DNA from: Octopus sinensis
Taxonomy: Eukaryota
DNA length: 64,000 bases
Assembly (NCBI RefSeq): GCF_006345805.1
Contig: NC_043003.1
Location: 5,208,001-5,272,000, forward strand
Direction of reading: 5' to 3'
Below the pieces are notes generated by a model. The model saw only the letters and a list, made by a program, of their open reading frames with translations. It made no database searches and was not told the DNA's origin. Position numbers and translations under genes: made by a program. This document shows, piece after piece, positions 28,681 to 42,449 of this stretch. Numbering within the stretch: position 1 is the first letter of the stretch; every line of letters starts with the position of its first letter.

Positions 28681-29135
28681 AAGGAGGTGCAATGGCCCAG
28701 TCGTAAGCGTTGCGTTTATTGAGCGAAAACGCCTAAAGCTCCACGAGGCTCCGGCAGGGGGTGATGGTACCCTGTTGTACTCTTCCAAGACAGCTTTCCC
28801 GCGTTCTTTCTTCCTGTTTCCGTTGCACCTGTATTTCAAAGGGCCAGCCTTGTCACACTGTGTCACGCTGAACCACCCTCAGAACTACGTTAAGGGTACT
28901 CGTGTCTGTGGAGTGCCCAGCCACTTACACGTTAATAAATGAGCTACGACGTCACTGGTACCAAGCTGTATCGGCCCCTTTTCCTTTCCCTTGGTTAACA
29001 CTGGTGGTGTGGAGAGGGGAGGCCAGTATGCATGAGCGACTGCTGGTCTTCATTAAACAACCTTGTCCAGATTTTTGCCTCGGAGGGTAACTTTCTAGGT
29101 GCAAACCCATGGTCATTCATGACCGTCACAACGGC
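28681..29135 (+). mobile_element. Third SINE family copy with most of the tRNA head deleted
   Basis: ggtgcaatggcccagt head fused to ttgagcgaaaacgcctaaagctccacgagg; body homologous to 8487-8832. Confidence 0.7.
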
Positions 29136-31139
29136 ATAGGTAGATAAAAACTCCAAGTTGAACTGCAACTAAAAGCAGTGATGGTATAGCTGCCTAACAA
29201 CAATTGGCTATCGTCGCTTTATCAATTGAGCAGGTACGTTTAGAATAGAATGAAAGAAACTACACCTAAATAACGTGTATCAAGTTAAATTATGACTTCT
29301 ATATCTTTAAAGGTAATGCTTGAATTGAGAATAGATTCTAAGGAAAACAAAGATGGTTTGCACAAGTTTTTTCTTCTTGTGATCTTGTAACAACTCAACC
29401 ATTACGTTTACTGATACCCGTTCTTTGCCTGTTTCTGTTTTCTTTCTGGGTTATCTATTTGACAGTATACACGTCAAAAATACCGACAGTTTTATTGATA
29501 AAAAACAAAATGGTGCATCAAGACAATGGGAGAAACCATTGGAAAATATGAGTAATCCAGTAAAGGTATGACCAAAGACACAGGATTGTACATATTGAAT
29601 AAATTCAAGAATGCAGTTTAAATACAGTTTTATATTTCGAATTTTCGGAAATAATATATTACATTAAAAAAAAAACAATTTCTTACATTTTGAGTAATGT
29701 ATCAGAGATTTGTTGGCAGGAAAGTTAAGGGGGCGGTTCGTCTAGATTCGAAAGAAGAGTCTGGAGTTTAAGAAAAATATCAAGTTGAGAGGTTAAGGAG
29801 GTAAGAGAGGGAAGTGAAATGTTAAGAAATTTCGATTATGTAAAATATTAAATGGATGGTTCAAATTGGTATTACAATATCTAACACCAATAATGACAGC
29901 CAGTGCTATTTAGGGATCCTGTGATCTTTGATATGGGCATAGAACATTGAATAGCTCGATGCTTTTTTACGAGACACTAAGAAGTATGGCAGTATTAAAG
30001 AAGTTAGTAACTCTCAATAACACCTTATTCAGGTATCGTTGTGAAACAGAAAGTAATCGGCTTCAAACTCTTTCTAACCAAGACTATTTATTCTCCGATA
30101 TTTTCAGTCGATTTTCCGTTAAAATAATTGCAATTAATGAGCGCAGCAGAGTGGAACGACAGGGAGTAAACTCCTTTTCTAATAAAAGTTACTGGATGGC
30201 TTAACAAACATCCTGGCAGTGCGCTACAGTTTGTCGAGTCATTGGCCTACAATACCGTTCATCATTACATGATCTGCATTGACCAATCAAAACAAGCCAC
30301 GCAAATTATCAATTAGAGCTTCCGTTTCAAGTTGAATGTGGCTTACTGAAAGCGAATATTTGAACATAAATTTCTTGTTTGTGTGAAATTCCGGGTCTTA
30401 ATCGTAAGCGATTCCTCTTCAAATACATCATAAATTAAATACGCCTTTCTCGTTTATACAATAGCCCTGTCCAATCATGCATATGTGTATATATGGGTGG
30501 AAGTGCAAATTTTCTTTTCTCTCCAGACATCGTTCCTCAACGACCTTAATTCTCCGCATTTTTTTTCATTGAACACCACACATGCGCTTACACACATTAT
30601 GTAGTTCACAGACACTAGCACGCCCGCACACACACACAAACAAACACACACACAAACAAACACACACACACTTCAATTACAGTCTCACAGGAAACCCATA
30701 AGCACAGTGTACCAAGGAAATATAAACACACCTACATTTCCCAACCTTTCTACTAACTTATATCATTTCTATTACATATTTTGTCGATGTTATACTTACG
30801 TAACAGCCTCATACACCCACACGTTCAAAGAAGCGAGTACAGACACACACGTACATGTTCGCCAGGTTACAGTTGTCCCCCTTGCCACTCACGCATAAAG
30901 CCTCCGCTCTACTACATCCGGCCATTCACCATTTCGTGACGGTTGGATACTCGTTCGTGCATTTCGCGTTTCCCCGATTTCTTCTCTCCATTTCGATACT
31001 ATCGTTCAGAAGAGATCGCGTTAGGCACATTTACGTCTTTTTTTCCCCCATTTCATAAACGTCAGAAGAATGCCAACGTTGTCTTTATATTTACGTCGGT
31101 TTTTGTATTGTATTTTCCGCCAGCCTGACTCTATACTTA

Positions 31140-31176
31140 CATTCACACATACTCATACATACACGCATGCATATAT

Positions 31177-31224
<48 letters not shown>

Positions 31225-31542
31225 ATATATACATATATACACATACATACATATAAACATACACATTTACATATATACATACATACACATATATAAACAT
31301 ACACACTTACATATATACATACACACATATATATAAACATACACACATATATATACACACACACACATATATACACACACACACACATATATACACACAC
31401 ACATATACACACACACACACATATACACACATACACACATACACACACACATACACACACATATATACACACACACACACATATATACACACACACATAT
31501 ATACACACACACACACATATATACACACACACACACATATAT

Positions 31543-31593
<51 letters not shown>

Positions 31594-31608
31594 CATATAT
31601 ACACACAC

Positions 31609-31693
<85 letters not shown>

Positions 31694-31851
31694 CATCATC
31701 TTTACGGCGGTAAACCAAAGATTGGACAATCGGAAAACTATAACAATTCTTTGCGAATGCATAATAAACGAGAAGTGCACATTCTTAAACACACGCATAT
31801 ACACACACACACACACACGCCCACATGTATATACATACATACATACACGTA

Positions 31852-31909
<58 letters not shown>

Positions 31910-32295
31910 ATACACGCGCACACATGCACATACGTGTATGCATATATATGCATATATGTATATGTATATATATATGTATATATATATATGTGTATATATG
32001 TATGTGTATACGTATATATATATATATATGTGTGTGTGTGTATGTATATATATATGTGTGTGTGTGTATGCATATTATATATATATATGTTTGTATATAT
32101 ATATATATATGTGTGTGTACGCATATATATAAATGTGTGTGTATGCACATATATATATATATATATACTATATAAACATTTTTGCAAATATATAAGCAGG
32201 TAAAACACACACACACACACACACACACATACGGCACATACGTGTACGTGTATGTATGTGTAAGCATAAGCACACACACACACACACACACACAT
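31140..32295. repeat. Compound (TA)/(CA)/(TG) microsatellite block
   Basis: Direct inspection. Confidence 0.95.
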
Positions 32296-32707
32296 TCTGA
32301 CATGGACGGCCATCTGCACCTTACACCTCCGTACGTTAGCGTTTATGTGTTTATATGAGAGGGTAACTGGAGGGGTTGCGGATTTGAATCTATGAGAAAC
32401 GAATGCGTTTTCTCTGTATCCGTGTGAAATAAACGTTATTCGTTGATCACTGAGCCACATCTGTATTTTCACAACCATCTTGGAACAAAAAATATAAACG
32501 AAAAGACGAAAAAAAACCCCAACTAATTTGTATGTTCTCTATATTTTTGTATTAACATCTTACATATTTCTTTAATGTTTAAGTGAGAGACTCTAGATTG
32601 CTTTTGACATGTCACAACGACCTCCAACATATAAACTCACCTTGTTTATCAGCACCATGGCCAACCGATAGAAGAAAAAATATATATATATACATATATA
32701 TTTAAAC

Positions 32708-32748
<41 letters not shown>

Positions 32749-32849
32749 ATGTGACCTCTTATTCTACCTTTCTTACACATGGATGAATTATAATCACATT
32801 TCGTGTTTTGCTCTCTGAATAAGAAGCCAAAGCAGTTTATGTCCCGTTT

Positions 32850-33133
32850 TAGCTAGTAGTAGTAGTAGCAGCAGCAGCAGCAGTTGTAGTGGTAATGGTT
32901 GTTGTGGTGGTAGTAGTAATATTAGTAGTAGTAATGGTAGTAGTAGTAGTAGTAGTGGTAATGGTGGTGGTGGTAGTAGTAGTAATAGTAGTAGTAGTAA
33001 TGGTAGTAGTAGTAGTAGTGGTGATGGTAGTAGTAGCAGTAGTAGTAGTTGTAATGGTAGTAGTAGTAATGGTAGTAGTAGTAGTAGTAGTAATGTAGTA
33101 GTAGTAATGGTAGTAGTAGTAGTAGTGGTGATG

Positions 33134-33167
<34 letters not shown>

Positions 33168-33200
33168 AAGTAGTTAGTGTTGTTGTTGTTGCTGGTGGTG
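32850..33200. repeat. (GTA/GTG)n trinucleotide microsatellite
   Basis: Direct inspection; poly-V ORF. Confidence 0.95.
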
Positions 33201-34530
33201 TCGTTTGTGGTGTCTCCTTTGATGTTATTCTGCCGATATCCTTTTTTTCTTGTTTTTGTTAGTTGTTGGTTGGTGTCGCGCTTGTTGTTGTCACTTAGCC
33301 CTCGTTTAGCTCTGCTATGACAGTCTTACGGTCAACGACATTCCAGCCATGACCACCCAATGTTCTTATAGCTATCGAGCAATATATCGTCCTATGTCCT
33401 CCCGTGTTGAAGACGGTGCGATGCAATTTTATGTGAGATCCAACTTTCATTTCTCCATTGCTGAACACACTGTAATTAGTGAATGCTCCCCCTGCCTACC
33501 ATAACATTGCGTCGGTTTTATGCCAGATGAATAACAAAGCTCAAAATTCAACTGGTCACACCTCTCGCTTTCACTCTACCAATGATGCCAGAGTTTTCTT
33601 GGAGAATGGTGCTGACATTATTCCTAATCCTATCATTTCTTTTACGGATCATACAGACGCATATACTCTTCTTTTCTTCAGAAAACAGAAAATAACTACA
33701 GATATTAAAACAAGAGTAGTAGTAGTAGTAGTAGGTATAGCAGCAGTAATGGTTTCTGATTTAGGCAAAAAGACAGGGATTTGAGAGGAGTGGGTTCGTT
33801 CATAACATCAACCATTAACCATTTATGAACAGTTTTAATGGTTGATGCTGAATGCTGCTTTCTGAGAATTCATAAGAGTTTTATGTGAAGGAGAGCGTTG
33901 GTGTGTTTATCGTTGTTTATCCATGTTGAACCGGTTTATATATAAAGACTTTCTAAATGGAACCTTCTACTATTTTGTCCCGGCAAGGTTTAACTTAGAC
34001 TACGTTATATGCTGTCCTTCAATCTTTACAGCAAAAGTATGATTTTTAGTGAGATTTAAACTACTAGATCTAGCATGTCAAGTTGCTACATGTTAGTATT
34101 CTTTGCTCGTTATTTCGATGTTGTCATAAAGGAGAATACACTGCATTTAGCTAATTCAATGTAGTTTTTGAAATAATATTCGTTGTGCAACAGGTTTTAT
34201 CTTGACAGCAGTGTGGTTTGTAAAGATTCCTATAGAATTACATAATGCTCCGTTATAATGTTAATGTTTTAACAATATCGACTGCTTTTATTTATCACTC
34301 ACAACTCCTTCCATTTATACAAATGCATTTTTCATTATTAACTTCTGCGATGTTCAGTTATTTTTATGTCCTTGGGAAAAAATTAATGTTTTTTAAATCT
34401 TACTTTATGCTTAATCCGCTTAGGTATAAACGTCACATGATACATAAGCTCTCTAATAGAAATTTTATTTCTTTGGACTGTTTTATAAAAACGCTATTTG
34501 AATACCAAACATCGCCAGTAAATTGCATTT

Positions 34531-35482
34531 ATAAAGGGCAATTAATATTTTAAATAGGGCCATATATAGAGCCAATTTAAAGTTAGGTCGTGTACGGATT
34601 ATTTCGGATTATAGGATCCTAACCTACGATCACGACTCCAATTGGGCTGTTGTATAATTGTCCAACGGTTTAAGGAGACAAAACGAAATATTTGATGGCA
34701 TATCAAATTGTCAGGATTGCATCATACAATAAACCACAGTAGTAAGGAACACGATACAAAACTTGAAACTATACCTCGGGAACGTAATGATTATCTTCGA
34801 CGATCCATTTACAGGAAACTCTAGTCCAAAATAATCGTAAAGGTTTACGAAGCACTGATCTAAATTATTTAAGTGGAAGAAAATGATTCTAAGATTACTT
34901 TAGCATTACAAATTAGTTAGAACTGATGGATATAGCGATCAAAGTGCCTTCCAATTGCGTATCACAATATAGATATATTTATAAATATAAGTGTGTGTGT
35001 GTGTGTGTTGATAGATAGATAATATATATATTGATATAATCGTAAACTGCATCCTCAAACCAATAGTTACACGTCTCTGATGATTTGACTGTTGGTCTTG
35101 ATTATGTAATATGCATTTTGCAACTAATGATAACCTTGCGTTAATGAAATGTACGTAAGAGGATACCACTAGATTATTTTATATTTATCTCCCTCGTTAT
35201 GTTTTATTTTTGTATACGTGCAATTGGAAGGCACTTTGATCGCTATATCAACCAGTTCTAACTAATTTGTAATGCTAAAGTAATCTTAGAATCATTTCCC
35301 TTCACTTAAATAATTTAGGTCAGTACGTCGTAAACCATTACGATTATTTTGGACTAGAGTTTCCTGTAAATGGATCGTCGAAGATAATCATTACGTTCCC
35401 GAGGTATAGTTGCAGTTATAAAGGGCAATTAATATTTTAAATAGGGCCATATATAGTGCCAATTTAAAGTTAGGTCGTGTAC
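34531..35482. repeat. Long inverted repeat (~192-bp arms, 34767-34958 and 35220-35411) bracketed by a 65-bp direct repeat (34531-34595 and 35418-35482)
   Basis: aactatacctcgggaacgtaatgattatcttcgacgatcc... occurs on both strands; ataaagggcaattaatattttaaatagggcc...ggtcgtgtac occurs twice with one mismatch. Confidence 0.92.
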
Positions 35483-35851
35483 TGTATATAGTAGAAATTA
35501 TGTGTACAATTAGGAATACCAGTGCTATGTTGAGTGCTCTACGTAGTTCGCTTTTTGTGTAAAGAAAGCAGACTAGACAACCGGTTGTGTTATCAATTAT
35601 AAGCTACAGAGCAAATGTTGGGAAAATAAGGAGGCACACAAGTTTATTTTATTTTGCATTTCCTCGGCGCATCCTCAGGCAGTCCTTATATCAGATTATA
35701 TATAATTGTGTCCAGTTATCAGTGACACAGTTCTCTGTAATCTGATATAACAAAGCACTCCCAGAGATCGCGTGTAGCAACTTGAAAGTAAAACAGAGTC
35801 GTGATAGATAGACAGACAGACAAACAGAAAGACAGACAGACAGACAGATAA

Positions 35852-38163
35852 GTTTCATTATTGGCCACACAGGGCTGCACACAGATGGGACAAATTACAA
35901 TGTAGAGCTTTTCTTTTGGGGGATGAAAAAAAAAACAAAAAACAAAAAACAAGAGAAACAAAAAAAAAGTGGCGTAGGTTTTCGATCAAAAGGGATCGTG
36001 AAAAGGAAAAAAAAGGAGAAAAAAAGAAACAAAAGAAAAGAAAAAGGAAAAAAGAAGAAAAAAGAGGTAAAAAGGGGAAGAGGAAAAAAAAGCGATCAAT
36101 AGGGATCGTGTATCACAGTGTCATGATGTACGGTGTAAAGGGGGGAAGCGGATGAGGTTTATCTGTGGCAAGAAAAGCCTACGAAAAAGACAAGATAACC
36201 TCGGTCAATATTGTTATATGTTACCACATTTGTTTTCAATTTCTGGGTTCATATGATTATGCTCAAGGTGGCTTCGTCATTCATACGTGCCATCCTTGCT
36301 ACATTCACCCATGTTTTTTTAAAACATTCGCTAGAGAAAACTTGCCTCTCTACTCTCACTTTCCTTTTCAAGTGGTACTTGAAGAAGTTGATGAGAGATT
36401 GACCAGAGAGGAAAGTGTTTGTCTCCAATCCTTTCAGACGCGTCCACTAGATACATTCTTTCTCCATAGCTACAAGGATGATGAAAATAGCTCTTCCTTC
36501 CCGTTTGAAGGAAGGAGGCGTGACAATATTGACGATAGGCTCAGCTGATAAACCGACTCGTCCCACACGTGACATCAGTTGTTCGAGATAAGCCCACAGG
36601 TCGGAAATTGTTGGACACTGCACGAGTGCGTGCAAAACGGCTTGGTCGCTCTGACCACATCTCGGGCAGGTCGGCCCCGTGTTTCTCGAGCCGTGTCTGT
36701 AGAGCTTATCCCGAACGGGTAGCGCTTCTCGGTAGCACTGCCAGGCCAGGGATCTCTGGAAGTTGTCCATGGGCCCTGGCCCGAAAGTCGTCCCGAACAG
36801 GCGGGTCAGGTATTCCTCGTCGACGTCCAGGTTCGCCCCGAGTTCGTCGTCGTACCTCCCCTCCACTAATCCCATATAGATTGCTTTGGTTGTGATGGAG
36901 TCACTCAAGGTTGATCCAGGACGGCAGAGTTGCTTGATAGCAACGCGACACTCGCGGTGCCATTCGCCCTTCCTCGGCCTCTTTTTGATCCACGACTGCA
37001 GTTCGGTCATAGAGACGAGCTGCGGGAAAGCGTACCCCACAAACGGCGACCACACCTGTTCACCGTCATCTACGAAGAGCCTGAAATGTCGCAGTCTCAG
37101 CGCGTGTCTGCGCATCATCAACCACGGCATGCCCAGTCCTCCTTTTAACGGGTGTTGACAGCAAATGGATCGCCTGACCATCGGGACGCATCCTTTCCAC
37201 AAGAAGCGAAAGAGAATGCGTTCTAGTTTGGTGATGGTAGGGTCGGGACAAGGCACGACGGTCAGGCGGTAGTAGTTGACGGACGCGATGTACGTGTTCG
37301 CCACCTCCGCCCGACCTTTTAGGGACAGTTTTCTCTCGGCCTATTGCCGGGCGAGAGTGACCACCCTACTCGTTATCTCGTTCCAGTTCTTCTCCACTTG
37401 GAGGTCCTGACCGAACCACACCCTGAGCAACTCGACCGGACCGTCGGTCCAGCGTCCCACGACGGAGGCGCTGGTGGACGGCATGGGCTTGCTTCTCCAG
37501 GTGCCTAGTCGCAAGCCCACTGACTTTTCCCGGTTGATTTTCGCTTCTCTCACCGCTTCGTAGTTTTTCAGTGTTTCGCCGACCTGCTCGATGTGCTCGT
37601 GGCTAGACACTATGACGGTAACGTTGTCCGCGTATGCAGACACGCTCGTCCCGCATCCCAGTTCTCGCGGGATGCCCCTCAGAGTTGCCAGCTTCCGCAA
37701 TAATAGCTCGAGAGCCAATGCGTATAGAAGTGACGAAAGGGGGCATCCCTGACGGACCGAACGTGCGATGTCGAAAGGTCTCAATAGATGTCCATTTACG
37801 GGAATTACCGAACGGATGCCTCTGTACAAAGCGGCTATCCAGCCGCGGAAGACGGGACCGAAGCCAGCCGCTCTGAGGACAGCCCCCAAGTATCGATGGT
37901 CTACCCTATCGAAAGCTTTCGATTGATCCAAATTGATCAGCGCCCCACCCATGCCAGGTTCATTAACTACACTGTCTATGATGTAGCGCATCAGGTGGAG
38001 GTTGTCATGGATGGTCCGGCCCGGCACGGCGCACGTTTGTGCCTTGTCGACCAGTTTCTCGATGACAAGCGCCAACCTCTTGGCTAACACCTTGGCCAAA
38101 ATTTTCAAGTCTGCATTAAGCAGCGTGATGGGCCTGAAGTTATCTATTACACTTCCCTTGTTT
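35852..38163 (-). mobile_element. 5'-truncated Tx1/L1-clade LINE with 3' UTR, embedded in a (GATA/GACA)n tract
   Basis: RT coding remnant plus U-rich 3' UTR ending ccctgtgtggccaataatgaaac; flanked by (GATA/GACA)n at 35803-35851 and (GATA)n at 38164-38180; GC-rich relative to the surroundings. Confidence 0.88.
36249..38163 (-). pseudogene. Tx1/L1-type reverse transcriptase plus zinc-finger (zf-RVT-like) C-terminus, single frame with two premature stops
   Basis: NFRPITLLNADLKILAK; LDQSKAFDRV; VRQGCPLS; AYADN; CPRCGQSDQAVLHALVQC. The track ORFs 37341-38108 and 36447-37304 are in frame; both stops are TAG where Trp is plausible. Confidence 0.92.
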
Positions 38164-38912
38164 AGATAGATAGATAGATAGTGTCAATCGGGCTCATCAC
38201 AGATTTCGAAACCTGCTTGAAGAATTTCATGTTTTCCCGCAATATTTCTAGTCTTAAGTGGCTTATTTTTGGCTATATCTAGCACTATGTATTTCTAAGT
38301 TAAGAGTTAAAATAAGGCAATCCTGCAAAGCACAGCTGATCTTTACACACAGATGCACAGAATGACAGCAATCAAATACCAACAGCAGAGTGCACAACAA
38401 ACATCACCGATCTGTTTGTCACCTGGATTCTTGACAAGAGATACCAGTTAGTCTTTTACACAGGCTCGTTCGTATTAGCCCAAGTTGCTGGATAATATTT
38501 TGTTCCTTTAAGAATATTGTAGAACGGACATTTTTCATAGATTGGAATTTAAATCCTAATCTCTATAGAAATTTATTGTTTCAAGAAAACATTGAATTAC
38601 TTTTAACATTTACGATTATGGATAAAGACTCGGGCTGTAACTTTTGAGCCTGAGTCAGGCGCGTGTGAACGATGCTGAGAGAACATCTGCTACGAATGAT
38701 ATTTTTTGACACAGGGCACCTTTAAGACGACCACCAGGCGGTGGACGAAAATAAATGAACTGCGACCAGACTCAATAAAAGGAGCTCGAGTTATTGGCTG
38801 CAATTACACACTTGAAGTCAGTGTTGGTAGAAATTCAATCAGATTGCAAATACACGCTTAATTTACTAAATTTATACTCGAATAATCCGGGTGCCGGAGT
38901 CGGCATTTATAT

Positions 38913-38952
<40 letters not shown>

Positions 38953-38953
38953 C

Positions 38954-39040
38954 GAGAAAGAAGCAACAAGAATGGATTAGTTTTTAGTACAATTGTTTCA
39001 TACAAAGACAGGCTTTATTAAAAGTTGCAAAAATTGCAAC
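38954..39040 (+). repeat. Dispersed (TA)n-adjacent repeat with an inverted copy at 58170-58262
   Basis: agcaacaagaatggattagtttttagtacaattgtttcatac...tttattaaaag is shared in reverse complement. Confidence 0.75.
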
Positions 39041-39178
39041 TTTATAATCACCCCACATTACTGTATGGTTAACACCATATAGTTTTCTGGTGCATCTAAG
39101 TTAAGTACCATATTCAAGTAAATTCATTGGAATGGACTTGAATCTTAATTGCTTTTATATATATATATATATATATAA

Positions 39179-39216
<38 letters not shown>

Positions 39217-39890
39217 CATACATACATACATCATACATACGTACGTACATACATACATACATACATACATACATACATACATACATAAATACATACATAC
39301 ATACATCATACATACATGCATACATACATACATACATACAACTCATACGCACACACACACTCACACACGTGTGTATTTGTGTAAATGAAAGATGTCTGCT
39401 GGTTAAAGTGAAGTTGGCCTTAAAGAAATTTGATAGAATTGTTGCTTAGAGAAGAGTCTAGCAGAAATGTCTTTTGCCCAAATACATGAACGGATCCACA
39501 TTTTCGAATTACACAGTGCAGAAGCAGCATGGAATGAATCAAATGGAATATCAAACGGAATGGGACATGAAATGCGGACTGTTTGAAAACTATAACATTT
39601 TAGGAAGCAATCACAGAGATTTTAGAACATCAAATCCTCAGATTTTCCATAACAAACATACATTTCTCGAAGCTTTATTATAGTTTGCGACAATGTCATG
39701 GCATAAACGAAATCTATAACTCCTTTGAGATGGTTCGGGGAGTTAGCAAAGCCTCGAATGCTCTGTATAGAGAAATGTATTGGTAGAGAAAAGAGTATCT
39801 ATATTTTGCACTCATTTAATCTGTGTGACCGAGAAGAGAGAAACCCATGTACCAGAGCCAAGGGTGAATCTTTAATATATTTTATTCGTA

Positions 39891-40120
39891 GGCGGCGAGC
39901 TGGCAGAATCGTTAGCACGCCGGGCGAAATGCGTAGCCGTATTTCGTCTGCCGTTACGTTCTGAGTTCAAATTCCGCTGAGGTCGACTTTGCCTTTCATC
40001 CTTTCGGGGTCGATTAAATAAGTACCAGTTATGCACTGGGGTCGGTATAATCGACTTAATCCGTTTGTCTGTCCTTGTTTGCCCTCTCTGTGTTTAGCCC
40101 CTTGTAGGTAGTAAAGAAAT
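39891..40120 (+). mobile_element. Full-length Meta-type tRNA SINE
   Basis: Complete head (tggcagaatcgttag; gagttcaaattcc), core and tail; no clear TSD. Confidence 0.9.
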
Positions 40121-41814
40121 GGAAACAATTACAGCATATATTCCAACGTAGACATAGACAAGCATACTAGCATCTACCAATTCATTTTTGATTGGAGTTT
40201 AGAAGGTGGGTGTGGTAATTCGTGCTTTTATCGAGATCGCATCACGGATAAATAGACATGAGTGATGGGAGGATGGTGTAAGTAAAGAGCAAAATAAATT
40301 AGGGTGAGGAAGTGTGAAGAATCGAGAGGATTTTGGAGATCGATATTAATGGAGCAATTACATAAGTACAGAGAGAGAGAGAGAGTGAGGCAAAAATTAA
40401 GTGACATTTCATCATCCAGTCGGGTGGCTTGCTCGGACCAGTGTAACACTTCTACGTCAGACATCTCGATCGAACGACGCAGCATTAACGTCTAGCTTCG
40501 GTTTTAGTCATGTTGGTCTTTCATTCAGTGAAATATTTTTATCCGTGCGCACCCGATTACTGACGGTAGCAGTAATTCGCTGTTGATATTTAAGGGTCAG
40601 TAATGTGATTTTTGCGTCTGTGAGAGAGAAAGTGTGTGAGAGTGTGAGAGAAAGGGAGAATATAGAGTAGCACTCAATACATTTGGAAGGAGTTATATTG
40701 TGGCATTTAGGGCCAGTGAGGAGTGTGTGTGTATGTGTGTGTGTGTGCAAGAAAGAGGAAGTCGAAGCGGGATTAATTTGTGGTGGTCAGAGCGAATTAA
40801 TTGGGATTTAACCAGCGAGGAGAAGACATATGGACGATAATTATTTTATTCAAAGTGAAGTTGAGCAGGCTGAAAGGAAGTGGAATATATTAGATCAATA
40901 TTGATAAAAACGTTTATATTAAATACTTATAAATTCAATGTTGTGTCTAGAAGATAAGAAGATAAAAGTTTATAGGAGTGGAATATGGTGAAGCTATTTA
41001 AGTGACTAAAGAGAGGAAATAACTTCAAGAGTACATCACATGAATGGTGTTGGATTAAAAGGCAAGATATATCAAAATGGAAACACTTCACAGCTCATAT
41101 TTAATTATTTTACGGTGTTTGGAAAATAATGGTATAACCGAGAACTACATTATTTTTCCTTAGCAAATACACTTACTTCCACCGTGAAAGATAGACAACA
41201 AGGTTTGAAACTGAAAAACTAGTCGGGTCGTTCTTGGATTTTTGGTTACATAGATGAAGAAATATGTGGATTCAAAACAGTATATAAATCTCATAAAAAT
41301 TCGAAGATTTGTCATATATTCCGGTTCCATGTAAAACCGCAAAGTTCAATTTCGATATTATGTAACGCAGTGTTCGCAGAATGTTTAAGACAGATACTGG
41401 GTATTTCATTGATGTTCAAGTATTTAAATAAGATTGCATGCGTTAAAGGTTGACATGCGAGTATTTAGACGGAAGTACATGATCGGAATCATGCAAAAGT
41501 TGATACTGCTTCCCTTCTCTGAACATATATGTAGGTTCCGTGTAGTGTGTGTTTAAGCGTGTTTACGTAAATATATAAATTTACATACATACATAAACAT
41601 CCGTGGATGTGTGTATGCATGTGTGTATATATGTCGTAAAGTATGTACGTGTAAATTCATAATGAAAAGTATACGATAACACGGGGTTGCATATACCTTT
41701 CTATCCATATCTGTCTATCTATTGATCGAACGACCACTCTATCCATCTATCTATATCGATCGATCTATCCATCTACCTACCTACTAGCCACTAAACACAT
41801 TTTTCTCTCCTTGT

Positions 41815-42135
41815 TTTATTCTGTGTCCCTTTCTGTAGAAGAGCGTAGGCTCGAAACGTAAAAGACTTTTTTCTATACCTGAGCGTTATACTAATACATC
41901 TGTTTGTTTTGTACACCACCAGTCTTCGTCTTTTGTTCTTTTCGTAAACTCTCCGTGTATATATATATATATATTATATATATATATATGGATTTCTGTG
42001 TATCTTTCTGTTGAAGAGCGTAGGCTCGAAACGTAAATGACTTGTTTTATTTCTATTCCTGAGCGCCACACTAATACGTTGTTTGTTTGTACTCCACCTG
42101 CCTTCGTCTTTTGTTTATTTTCGTAAAGCTTCCTG
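41815..42135 (+). mobile_element. Two tandem PLE-like terminal relics with hammerhead-like motifs
   Basis: ctgtagaa-gagcgtaggctc-gaaacgta (41833-41860) and ctgttgaa-gagcgtaggctc-gaaacgta (42008-42035), separated by (TA)n. Confidence 0.7.
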
Positions 42136-42449
42136 TTATATATGGATATATATACATATGTGTGTGTATGTGTGTGTATGCAAGGAGCCATGCTTACATT
42201 TCTCCAAAATTAGTTATTTGGCACACATCTAATTATGTGTTTGCCACAAACATATTGTGCAATAATACAGAAAAACAAAAACATACGCGTGTGTCGGGGA
42301 GTGGGTACAGTGTGTGCGTACGTATGTATATGTGTGTGTGAGCGTGCGTATGTGTGTGGTTGAGTGTGTGTGTGTGGGGGGGAGCATATCTGCGCGCCCA
42401 GTTATTACCAAACACAAGTACACAGTCTCATCAGTTGCTTCTATGTACA

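Noticed and set aside
33479-33784. ORF with FLENGADI as an ankyrin repeat
   Set aside because: Single short motif with no flanking ankyrin consensus; the ORF runs into a microsatellite
36569-38087. + strand GC-rich ORFs (36569, 36886, 36930, 37634, 37788)
   Set aside because: Antisense shadows of the Tx1 RT frame
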